From an uncultured bacterium (GTDB lineage Bacteria; Planctomycetota; UBA1135; GCA-002686595): a stretch of 64,000 nt of DNA. The first letter of the stretch is position 1. Each line of letters opens with the position of its first letter. Below, in pieces: positions 1-9,532 of the stretch. Where the stretch lies: positions 544,001 through 608,000 of the forward strand of contig CALSNU010000002.1 of the NCBI GenBank assembly GCA_943787795.1, given 5' to 3'. The position numbers and the translations under genes were made by a program. Below the pieces are notes generated by a model. The model was given only the letters and a program-made list of their open reading frames with translations. It made no database searches and was not told the DNA's origin.

Positions 1-16
1 CCTCGTCACCGCCGAC

Positions 17-589
17 GTGCACCACTGGACCGGCGCCTACGAAGCCGCATTCATCGGGGGGGTCGCGGCCATGGCCATGAGCCTCTCCCCGCTCCATGAG
101 CTCAGCTGGCTCATGCGCCCCCTCGGACCCACCGGGCGGATCTTCGTGCAGGCCGGCAGCATGCTGCTCGTGAGCGCCTGCGCGGGGACGCTCGCGCTGG
201 TTCCCGCCCACCTGTTCCACGACTGGCAGCTCGTGTCCTTCCGGGCGGGCGACTCGCTTCCGGCGCTCCTCCTCGCCTGGGCCCACGCTGCGGCCATCGG
301 CGCGGTCCTCCTCCAAGTTCCGCTGGAGCGGCACCTCCGCGCCGCGATCGCCGTGGGCCTCGTCACTCTGGTTCCCGGGCTCGTAACGGGCGAGACACCT
401 GCGGGGCACGCGCTCCTTGCCTGGTTTGATGCGGGAGAGACCCTGAGGGAGTCGTTCGAATTCTCACCCACCCGCGCTCACTGGATCGGGGCTGCGCTGC
501 CGATGACAGGTTGGATCGCGGGCGCCCTGGCCCTCGCGGCTCCGGGAACCGACGGGCGACCCGCTCATGCAATACGCAATCCTAGGTGA
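17..589 (+). CDS. Hypothetical multi-pass membrane protein (may start upstream of the window)
   Basis: Several hydrophobic segments; frame is open to the window edge; 3' end overlaps the next gene. Confidence 0.55.
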   Translation: MHHWTGAYEAAFIGGVAAMAMSLSPLHELSWLMRPLGPTGRIFVQAGSMLLVSACAGTLALVPAHLFHDWQLVSFRAGDSLPALLLAWAHAAAIGAVLLQVPLERHLRAAIAVGLVTLVPGLVTGETPAGHALLAWFDAGETLRESFEFSPTRAHWIGAALPMTGWIAGALALAAPGTDGRPAHAIRNPR

Positions 590-1301
590 CATTCACGCCA
601 ACCTCGCTGCGCTTGAGGCCGTGCTCGAGTCGCTCGAGAACGAGGTCATCGACCAGATCCTCCAGGTCGGGGATGTCGTCGGCTACGGCGCGGCACCCGC
701 CGAGTCCATCGAGCTGCTCCGTGAACGCGACGCCATGGTCGTGAAGGGCAACCATGACGCGGCTTGCGCGGGCGAGCTCGACACCAGGCTCTTCAACCCC
801 AACGCCAGGGCCGCGGTGGACTTCACCCGAGCCGAGCTCTCTCGAGACGATCTCCAGTGGCTCGCGAACCTGCCGCTCCTGCATGCGACGGATGACTGCG
901 TGCTGGCCCACAGCACGCTGCCCGACCCCGACCGCTTCGACTACATCCAGAGCACCTCCGAGGCGGACCCCTCCCTCGACACCCTCGACCGTCCGGTCGC
1001 CTTCCTCGGGCACACGCATGTCCCCGTCACGATCATGCGGCTCATCGATTCCCCGGAGAGGACGTCCTACACCATCGACCGCGAGATCGACCTCGAGGAG
1101 ACCACGGTGGCGCTCGTGAACGTCGGGAGCGTGGGACAGCCCAGGGACGAGGATTGTCGGGCGGCCTACGCCATCTACGACACAGCAACCCAGCGGGTCC
1201 AGTTGCGCAGGGTCGACTACGACATCGAGCGGGAAGCAGACCGAATCGTCCGCGCTGGACTCCCGAAGATGCTCGCGGACCGCCTCTTCCTCGGGATTTG
1301 A
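567..1301 (+). CDS. Calcineurin-like metallophosphoesterase
   Basis: Motifs GDIHAN, GDVVGYG, GNHD, GHTH, NVGSVGQPRD. Confidence 0.92.
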   Translation: MQYAILGDIHANLAALEAVLESLENEVIDQILQVGDVVGYGAAPAESIELLRERDAMVVKGNHDAACAGELDTRLFNPNARAAVDFTRAELSRDDLQWLANLPLLHATDDCVLAHSTLPDPDRFDYIQSTSEADPSLDTLDRPVAFLGHTHVPVTIMRLIDSPERTSYTIDREIDLEETTVALVNVGSVGQPRDEDCRAAYAIYDTATQRVQLRRVDYDIEREADRIVRAGLPKMLADRLFLGI

Positions 1302-1311
1302 GCCCGCCAGC

Positions 1312-2613
1312 TCACCTGCGCTGCCGCAGGTAGTTGAGGCTCACGGGGAGGTCCTCGAGCCCGGCCTCGCCCAGGTCAGCGGCGAACAACTGCTCGAGGT
1401 CGAGGAGGGTCCGCTCGTCCCCATGGGCGACGAAGGTCCGCTGCTCCGGGTTGGATCCGATCGCCACCATGAGCTCGAGGATCGAGCCGGCGTTGCACCT
1501 TGAACCTGCGACCTCCAGCTCGACGGGCGTGCCGTGGTGCTGGACGATCGCCACGATCAGCGACGCTGGCCTGGCATGGAGGAAGATGCCCTCCCTCAGG
1601 CAGAGTTCGACGCTGGAGACACGGGTGTAGCTCGGGAGCAGGGACGACGCGATCTCCCCGCCGCTCCGAATGAACGCCTGCGCGCTGACCAGCAGGCGGT
1701 TCAGCGTCACATCCCGGACCTGCGAGCGCGGCACCAGCCGCTGCAGGACCGAATCGGCCATGTCGGAGCGCAGACCGCGCTCGTGCCGCTCGACGAAGTG
1801 CGTCAGGTAGGTCACCGCGCCGAGGGTATGCAGCGCCGCCGAGGCGTGACCGCGGAGGTCGGGCAGGCGCGGGTCCCCGGTCTCCAACACCGTGTTCTTG
1901 ACGTACGTGTCGTAGCTCGACTGGAGGTTGTGGACGGTGGCTTCCCAGACGCGCGCCGTCTCCTCACTGCACTTGGCGCGCAGGAACTCCTCCCGGCGGT
2001 CGGCCTCGAGCATCGGCTCAATGCCCACGTCCTCGAGCATCTTGAGGGCAGAGAGGTAGCTGGTCGCGACCTTCGCGATGCGGTGGTCGTCGTCGTCAAT
2101 GCGGTCGAGGTCGACGTTGTTGGCGAGCCTCGGCGGCGCCTCCATGGCATCGTCCGGCCGCTGCCCCTGCCCCAGCTGCAGCTCGGAGACGCCGCGTTCC
2201 CTGGCCTCCTCGAGCAAGGCCCCCATCAGCAGCGCGGTGCGATCCTGCACGAAGCTGAGCGCCTCCCGCATGTGCCCGAGCACCTCCGCGCCCCCCCCAG
2301 GCAGCCGCTCGGCGACTCCGTACGAATCAACCCGGCGATCCAGGTGAGCGAGCTGCATTCCGGCAAGGGCGAATCCCCGGACCGAGGCGACGAGCTCGGT
2401 GAACGCCGAGAATGTTCGGTTGGTTCGGGCGCCGTGGTCGTCGAGGAATGACTCCAGCTCATCCGCGCTGGCCGAGACCTCGAAGAAGCGCCGCTTGGAC
2501 CAGCGCGTCCCCGAGGGCACCGCGCAGCTCGTCAGGAACCCCTCGGCGCGTTCCCGAAGGAGAACGCCGAAGTCCTGTTCAGAGACAACCGGCTTGTTGG
2601 TGGACGATCCCAT
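1312..2613 (-). CDS. HPr-family phosphocarrier with a ~340-aa uncharacterised N-terminal domain
   Basis: C-terminal LHARPAS (His15-like) and NAGSILELM (Ser46-like) motifs; start placed at MGSSTNK. Confidence 0.8.
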   Translation of the reverse strand: MGSSTNKPVVSEQDFGVLLRERAEGFLTSCAVPSGTRWSKRRFFEVSASADELESFLDDHGARTNRTFSAFTELVASVRGFALAGMQLAHLDRRVDSYGVAERLPGGGAEVLGHMREALSFVQDRTALLMGALLEEARERGVSELQLGQGQRPDDAMEAPPRLANNVDLDRIDDDDHRIAKVATSYLSALKMLEDVGIEPMLEADRREEFLRAKCSEETARVWEATVHNLQSSYDTYVKNTVLETGDPRLPDLRGHASAALHTLGAVTYLTHFVERHERGLRSDMADSVLQRLVPRSQVRDVTLNRLLVSAQAFIRSGGEIASSLLPSYTRVSSVELCLREGIFLHARPASLIVAIVQHHGTPVELEVAGSRCNAGSILELMVAIGSNPEQRTFVAHGDERTLLDLEQLFAADLGEAGLEDLPVSLNYLRQRR

Positions 2614-2772
2614 GACCCGGGCGGGAGGGTAGCACGATCTCCGTTGCGAGACCGTGTTCCAGGATCGACCTCGGGGCTCAAGACCGAGCCAACAAGAGTC
2701 CGAATCCATGGGAAGAGGGGGCCTCACGGGGCGCCCTGATCACGCATTCCCCCTGCGACACGGAGCACCACC

Positions 2773-3579
2773 ATTTCTGCCGAACGCTGTCTCGAGACCT
2801 ATCTCCATGAGATCAACGAGGTCCCCCTCCTCACCGCGGACGAGGAGAAGGTGCTCGGTGCCCGGGTCCAATCCGGTGACCTCGAAGCGCGGGAGCACCT
2901 GATCCGGGCCAACCTCCGGCTCGTGGTGTCCATCGCCAAGATGTACAACGATCGAGGTCTGAACCTCCAGGACCTCATCGCAGAGGGAAACATCGGCCTG
3001 ATGAAGGCCGCGGAGAAGTTCGACCCCGAGGCTGGCTGCCGCTTCTCGACCTACGGTACGTGGTGGATCAAGCAGTCGATCCGACGCGCGCTGACCAACA
3101 CGGTCAAGTCGGTGCGCGTCCCCGGATACATGACGGAGATGATCTCCAAGTGGAGGAACGTCGCTAACGAGCTGCGCTACATGCTCGGGCGCATGCCCAC
3201 GGTCGAGGAGGTCGCGATGGAGCTCGGAATCCCCCGCGAGTCCTGGCCCCTCCTGAAGCGCACCATCGAGTCCAACCAGGCCGGGCAGGTCTCACTGGAT
3301 GTGATGACCCAGACCCAGGACACCGTCGAGGACGAGAAGGCCGTCGACCCGGAGGAGTCCATGCTCCACCGCGACCTGCTCTCGCGGCTCGACGAGCTCC
3401 TCGGGGTGATCGACGAGCGTGAGGCGCAGATCCTGCGGCTCCGCTACGGCCTCGGGGATGGAGCCGAGCCGATGACCCTGAAGGAGATCGGGAAGGTCGT
3501 TGGCCTGACCCGTGAGCGCGTTCGCCAGATCGAACGCGAAGCCCTCCGAAAGCTCTACGACGTCATGGCTGGGGACTGA
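2773..3579 (+). CDS. RNA polymerase sigma-70 factor (RpoD/RpoS-like, regions 1.2-4)
   Basis: LETYLHEINEVPLLTADEE (region 1.2), ANLRLVVSIAK, DLIAEGNIGLMKA, RFSTYGTWWIKQ, TLKEIG..TRERVRQIE; start inferred at ATT 2773 after GGAG. Confidence 0.92.
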   Translation: MSAERCLETYLHEINEVPLLTADEEKVLGARVQSGDLEAREHLIRANLRLVVSIAKMYNDRGLNLQDLIAEGNIGLMKAAEKFDPEAGCRFSTYGTWWIKQSIRRALTNTVKSVRVPGYMTEMISKWRNVANELRYMLGRMPTVEEVAMELGIPRESWPLLKRTIESNQAGQVSLDVMTQTQDTVEDEKAVDPEESMLHRDLLSRLDELLGVIDEREAQILRLRYGLGDGAEPMTLKEIGKVVGLTRERVRQIEREALRKLYDVMAGD

Positions 3580-3638
3580 GTCCCAACGGAAGCGACCTGT
3601 GCCCCCAGACGTGCCAGGCCGCCCCGAGGAAGTGAATC

Positions 3639-4526
3639 ATGAGCAGCAAGAAGAACGCCGACGCGCAGGACAACCGCTCAAGGTCGGATCGGGACCTCGG
3701 CCAGCGCCTGATCAGCGCCGTCGAGCGCGGCGACCTCGAGGCGATCGGAGGCCGTGACCTGCAGGAGGCCCTGGTCTCCACCGTGGATACCCGCCCCGCG
3801 ACCTCGGGTTGGACCCCCCTCATGCTGGCAGCGGCGAAGGGTGACGCCGACATCACAGGCTCCCTCCTGGAGGCCGGAGGCGACCCGGGCGAGGCCCTGC
3901 TGATCGCCTGCGCGCTCGGCCACACCAAGGTCGCCAGCAAGCTCATCGACGGCGGAGTGGACGTGGAGTTGCAGGACCGAGGCGGCCGCAACGCGCTCTC
4001 CTTCGCCGCCCAGACCGGAGATGAGGGGCTCATCGACGCGCTGCTCGCGGCCGGGTTGCCCGTCGATCTGCCCGAGCGCGAGTCCGGCATGACGGCCCTC
4101 TCACGCGCGGCCCTCGCCGGTCGGTCCGAGGCCTGCGGCGCGCTCCTCAAGGCCGGCGCCGGCATGGGCCACGTCGACCACGAGGGCTTCACTCCCCTCC
4201 TGTACGCCGCGAGCTCCGCGCACGAGTCGGTCTGCAGGGTCCTCCTCGAGGCCGGCGCCGACCCCAATGACCGATCACCTGACGGGTGCGGCGCGCTCCT
4301 CGCAGCGATCTCCGCCCGCGCCTACTTCAGCCTCGAGGGAGACGCCCACGAGGTCCGGCCCTTCGACGAGGCTCAGCTGCTCCCGATCGTGGAGCTCCTG
4401 GCCCGCTGGGGAGCGGAGGTCGAACTCGACGGCGAGGCGTGCCGTCGTGCGCGAAGCTTGGGATACGACGCCATCGCCAGGAGCCTCGCGGAGTACGCCT
4501 GCGAGCCCCTCCGAGCAGCCAGCTGA
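3639..4526 (+). CDS. Ankyrin repeat protein
   Basis: Repeats GWTPLMLAA, GRNALSFAA, GMTALSRAA, GFTPLLYAA. Confidence 0.9.
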   Translation: MSSKKNADAQDNRSRSDRDLGQRLISAVERGDLEAIGGRDLQEALVSTVDTRPATSGWTPLMLAAAKGDADITGSLLEAGGDPGEALLIACALGHTKVASKLIDGGVDVELQDRGGRNALSFAAQTGDEGLIDALLAAGLPVDLPERESGMTALSRAALAGRSEACGALLKAGAGMGHVDHEGFTPLLYAASSAHESVCRVLLEAGADPNDRSPDGCGALLAAISARAYFSLEGDAHEVRPFDEAQLLPIVELLARWGAEVELDGEACRRARSLGYDAIARSLAEYACEPLRAAS

Positions 4527-4572
4527 GCTTCCCAGGTCGACGTAGCCTCCGCCTTCGGTGACACTGGGCGGC

Positions 4573-5676
4573 ATGCGGGCTCCCCACCGGATCATCCCCG
4601 CCGCCATGACCCTCGCGGCCCTGACGGTTCTCGGCTGGACGATCTTCGGAGAGCCCAGCCCACGGGAGTCCCCATCAAAGGTGACGGGGCTGACCCTGCC
4701 CGAAGCACCGGACCCCATCCAGGAGGCTGCCGACCCGCTGATGGCGCCAGCCCTCGCCGAGGACAGCCCGGGGATCGAACCCGGCGGCCGCTCCGGCGCT
4801 GACACCACCCCCTTCGTCGAACGCCTCAGGCCCTTCGAGGGTGAGGCCCTGCTGCAGGTCAAGGGCGCCCCCCTCCCGTCCCCGGTGAGGTCAGGGTCCT
4901 TCCAGCTGGAGATCCTGACCCAGGGCGCATCACAGCTGACCGAGGTCAAGGTCGGCAGCGGTCGCTTCAAGCTGGAGATCCCCGATCGCTCCCGGGTCAA
5001 GCTGCTGGGGGGCATGTTCAACGGCCAGCGCGTTCGCTTCGAGGGGCTCGGTCACGCGTTCACGCCGGTCGACAGCCCCTATGTCCTCGTGGGTTCGCCC
5101 TTTCCCCTGAACCGACTCATTGTGCGGGACGGCCCCACTGGCGCGCACCTCTCCGGGCTGCGCGTCACCCAGGCCTCGGGAATGAGCCCGCTCACCCTGC
5201 GGGATCAAGCCGCCGGTGAGGAGCTCGTCCTCAAGGACGCGAGCTCTCCCGTTGACCTGCCCTGGATCGAGTCTCGCACCCCCCTGTGGCTTCGGGTTGA
5301 GGCGGACGGCTACGCGCCGGCGACCGCGTGGGTTGACCCGGATCAGGAACGAACACGAGAGCTCCTCCTGTGGCCCGCAGCGGAGCTCGAGGTCCGCGTC
5401 ATCGGCGACGCCCGAGAGGCCCTGAAGATGATCGCGCTGTTCCACGACGCGCCCGAGGGTCGCACGATCGCCGGCGGAGTCATCGAGCGACGGGCCGCAG
5501 GGGTGACCTCGGATGGGGAGGCGTGGGTCTTCGACCTCGTCGGCTTGCCCGCGCTGCCGACCCAGGTCGTCGCCAAAGGCATCGACCTCAAGGCGCAGCC
5601 CGTGGACCTCTCGACGGCCAACATCACGCTCGAACCCGGCGGTCGCCAGACCGTGGTGCTACGCCTCAGGCGCTGA
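4573..5676 (+). CDS. Hypothetical exported or anchored protein with a carboxypeptidase-regulatory-like beta-sandwich
   Basis: N-terminal hydrophobic segment; LRVEADGYAPA motif; beta-rich C-terminus. Confidence 0.6.
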   Translation: MRAPHRIIPAAMTLAALTVLGWTIFGEPSPRESPSKVTGLTLPEAPDPIQEAADPLMAPALAEDSPGIEPGGRSGADTTPFVERLRPFEGEALLQVKGAPLPSPVRSGSFQLEILTQGASQLTEVKVGSGRFKLEIPDRSRVKLLGGMFNGQRVRFEGLGHAFTPVDSPYVLVGSPFPLNRLIVRDGPTGAHLSGLRVTQASGMSPLTLRDQAAGEELVLKDASSPVDLPWIESRTPLWLRVEADGYAPATAWVDPDQERTRELLLWPAAELEVRVIGDAREALKMIALFHDAPEGRTIAGGVIERRAAGVTSDGEAWVFDLVGLPALPTQVVAKGIDLKAQPVDLSTANITLEPGGRQTVVLRLRR

Positions 5677-5756
5677 GCCCGACGCCGTGGCGCCCCAGGC
5701 GGAGCCTCCGCGCTGGTGACCCCTTAGGCCTCGAGCGCCACCCCCCCACGCCCCCT

Positions 5757-7030
5757 ATGACCGGTCCCAAGCGCAGCCAAGCCCACATGGAAGAGCACCA
5801 GCAGCGGGTCGAGGACGAGCCGACACCGAACTCCAGGCGTGACACCCCCAGGGTCTCCGCGCCGCCCCAGGCGCTGGAGGGCACCGCCCTCTACGTGCAT
5901 CTGCCCTTTTGCGCCGCCAAGTGTCACTACTGCGACTTCTTCTCGGTGCCCGACGAGGGTCAGGACATCGACGGGATGATCGCCGCGATCCTGCGAGAGG
6001 CCGAGCGCCGTGCCCCTGCGCGGCCAGCCACGCTCTTCCTGGGTGGGGGGACGCCGTCCTTGCTCAGCGCAGGGCAGCTGAAGACCCTCCTCGACGGGCT
6101 CCACGAGATCTCGGGCTGGCGAGAGAGCGCCAAGGAGGTCACCGCGGAGTGCAACCCCGAGAGCCTGGACGTGGACAAGGCGCGCTGCCTGCTCGACCTC
6201 GGCGTCCCCCGCCTCTCCATTGGCTTCCAGTCCCTGGATGACGAGACGCTCAAGCTGTTCGGCCGGGTCCACACGGCCGCGGAGTCGTTCCGAGCCTACG
6301 AGTCCGCGCGCACCGCGGGGATCGAGCACGTCAACGTGGACCTGATCTACGCGATCCCAGGACAGACGGCTGATGGATGGAGCTCCGACCTCGGCCGGGT
6401 CCTCGACCTGGGCCCGGACCACCTCTCTGCGTACAACCTCACCTTCGAGGAGGACACGCGCTTCAAGCGCTGGCTCGACCGGGGGCGCCTGGAGGCCGCA
6501 GAGGAGGAGGTCGAGCTCGAGATGTTCCACGCCACCCGGGACCTCGCGTCGTCGAGCGGGCTCATCGCCTACGAGATCTCCAACCACGCCCGCCCCGATG
6601 AACAGTGCCGCCATAACGTCAACTACTGGCGGAACGGCGAGTACGTGGGCATTGGCCCCGGAGCGGTCAGTAAGGTCGCGCAGACACGATCGGGCAACCC
6701 TCGATCGATCAGCCCGTACCTGCACCGGATCCGCGGACACGGCCACGCGACCGAGTGGAGCGAGGTGCCCGAGGAGGTCGCCCGCGTCGCCGAGTGCTGG
6801 TGGCTGGGCCTCCGTCTGAAGGAGGGCGTTGACCCCCGCCGAGGTGGCCAAGACAGCGTCCGCGTCCGAGGCCGCCATCGAGGCCTCCGTCGCGCTGGCC
6901 ACGAGGCTCGTCGGCGACGGGCTCCTCGACCGCTCAGGAGACCGATTCCACCTCAGCGACCGGGGGCCTCCCGCTCGCAGACGGCGTGGCCCGGGAGTTC
7001 CTGCAGCGGCTCTCGCAAGACACCAGGTGA
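5757..7030 (+). CDS. hemW: Radical SAM heme chaperone HemW (HemN-like), with two apparent frameshifts near the 3' end
   Basis: LYVHLPFCAAKCHYCDF, GGGTPS, YEISN, HNVNYW; C-terminus restored by removing one base at ~6835 and ~6964 (…GDRFHLSDRGLPLADGVAREFL…TGA 7030); start could be 5787. Confidence 0.88.
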
Positions 7031-7261
7031 GGACGCGCCTCAGCACCACGCCCCAGATCGAGATGTGGCGCGTTGTCGCGGTGCGTCAAATTGCCTGACT
7101 CGTTTCGGCGCAACGAAGGGCTGCTCTCGCTGATGAGGGCGCCGGCCTTGCGTTTGGAGGGATAACTTTGGACCTAAGGCGAGACCCCATCATCGTCGGC
7201 ACAAGTCCGCTGCTCGCCCTTCCTGACCCACGCTTCGCTCACTAGCAACGACTCTCTCCAG

Positions 7262-9360
7262 ATGAATCTCTCTCGATCTCTCCTCACCACAGCAGCCTTT
7301 GCTGCGCTCGGCTCCGTCGCCAGCGCACAGCTGCAGGTCCGCTCCATCGACTTCGAGTCCGCTGACCCGGCTTCGCCTGGACCCGGGGTCAGTGACCTTG
7401 GCTTCGGGAACTTCGTGACGGTCTTTGACCCCTCCGGCGGCTACCTCTTCGGCTACGGCGTCTTCCCGCCGAACAACACCGAGGGCGAATGCGCCCTGCT
7501 CGTGTCCGGCCTCGGCACGCCGAGCAACGGCCAGTCGCTGCAGACCAACAGCAACTACAACAACACCACCGAGCACGGCAACGGCAACATCCTCGAGACG
7601 AACACGTTCTTCGAGCAGAACATCACCGCCGACAGCTTCGGGGACACCTGGACGCTTGACTTCGACTACCTGAAGGCCAACTGCGACGCCAACCCCGCGG
7701 GGACGACGACGGCCGCCTTCATCAAGGTCCTCGATCCCGCGAGCGGCTTCGCCACGGTGTACTACGACCCGATCGACACCACCGGCGCGGACTGCGTGAA
7801 CTGGACCAGCGCGAGCACCAGCGTCACGATCGACTCCGCCTGGGGCGGTCACATCCTCCAGGTCGGCTTCACCAACCGCTGCTCCAATAACGATGACTCG
7901 CGGCGCGTGTACGACAACATCGAGTGGCAGGGCCCCCCGCCCCCGCCGCCCACGATGAACGAGTACGCCCAGGACTTCGACGGCCCTGGACATCACCAAC
8001 GGCGACGCGCTCTCAAACGAGGGCTGGATCATCTTCGCCAACGTCTTCGACCCCGCCGGTGGCTACCTCTACGGCTACGGCACCTTCCCGGCGCCGAACC
8101 CCGGGATCGGCTTCTCCGCCATCACCGACACCCAGCAGGCCGCCGACCAGGGCTCCCAGAGCCTCGTGGTCTACAGCGACTACAACAACGGTGATCACGC
8201 CAACGGCAACTACATCGAGGCCTCGGTCTTCAAGGAGCAGACCGTCGAGGCGGCCAACATCGGCCAGACCGCGATCTTCTCGTTCGACGTGAAGAAGAGT
8301 GACTTCGTCGGCAACGGCCAGGGCGACGCCCAGATGTTCGCCTTCATAAAGATCCTCGACCCCTCGGCCCGGCTTCGCGACCATCCGCCAGACGCGCCTC
8401 GACGTGACCGACAACAGCATCCGCAACTGGGAGAACGCCACGCTGACGATGGCGCTCGACCCGGGCACGGAAGGCAAGATCTTCCAGATCGGCTTTGGTA
8501 GCTACGCCAGCAACTACGACGACACCGGCGTCCTCTACGACAACATCGAGCTCTCCTTCCTCGACATCGACAACTCCCCTTCGACGAATCTCTACACCGT
8601 GGTCGAAGACGGCGTCACGCTCTTCAACCCCGAGTTCGCCACGGACTCTGGTGTCGCCATGTGCACCATGCTGGGCGGCAACAACGACCTCTGGTTCGCC
8701 TACTTCGCCGAGGCCGACGCTAACATCAACTTTGACCTCTGCGGCTCTGACTTCGACACGGTCATATCCGTGTATGACGGATTCACTGGCCAAAACGTCG
8801 GCTGCAACGACGACTCCTGCGGACTCCGGAGCGCTCTCACGATCTCGGGCACCGCGGGAACTCCTTACGTCATCCAGGTGAGCGGTTGGGGTACCACCCC
8901 TGAGTTCGGCAACGGCGTGCTCACGATCTCCGAGGGTCTCGGCTCCACGATCTGCTCCGCGCAGGCCAACGAGTCCGGCGGTGGAGCAGTGATCACGGCC
9001 ACCGGTAGCCCGGTCGCCACAGACAACACGCTGACCCTCGCCGTCCGGGACCTCCCGGCCAACACGATGGGTTACTTCCTGACGTCGAGCGACGCGACGT
9101 ACCTGGCGAACCCCGGCGGTTCGGCGGGCAACCTCTGCATCGCAAGCCTCAGCATCGGTCGCTACGCGGGCGCCGTCCAGACCTCCGACGGAGCTGGCGC
9201 GGTCAGCTTCCCGGTGGACCTGACGGCCATCCCCGGCCCGACCGGCCCGTCGTCCGTGATGGCTGGTGATACGCGCTTCTTCCAGTACTGGTCGCGCGAC
9301 TCTGCCGGTGGCAACCCGACGTCGAACTTCTCGACGGCCGTGAGTATCACCTTCCAGTGA
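7262..9360 (+). CDS. Secreted protein (~700 aa) with two internal repeats and a conserved C-terminal domain; split by two apparent frameshifts
   Basis: Signal peptide MNLSRSLLTTAAFAALGSVASA; ORFs 7262-8194, 8166-8501 and 8404-9360 join after removing a C at ~7985 and ~8369; C-terminus similar to 31251-32543. Confidence 0.8.
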
Positions 9361-9394
9361 TCGCTCGCCCACGCCCTCGGGCGTGACTGGAATC

Positions 9395-9431
9395 AGAGAG
9401 CCCCCTCGGCGAGCTGCCGGGGGGGCTCTCT
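9395..9431 (+). terminator. Stem-loop, probable terminator
   Basis: agagagccccctcggc-gagct-gccgggggggctctct inverted repeat 35 nt after the stop codon; no strong U tract. Confidence 0.6.
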
Positions 9432-9532
9432 CAATTCTCCGGGCAGCCGTGGCGTCCGGACCTCACCGGTGGCAACAGATTGGCCCCCTCTCCGTCTGAA
9501 AGCCCCGGCGCTCTCCGGTAGGCTCTGCTGCG

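Noticed and set aside
5757..9360. Calling hemW and the secreted protein pseudogenes
   Set aside because: Only single-base insertions in homopolymer runs with no other decay; sequencing error is more likely
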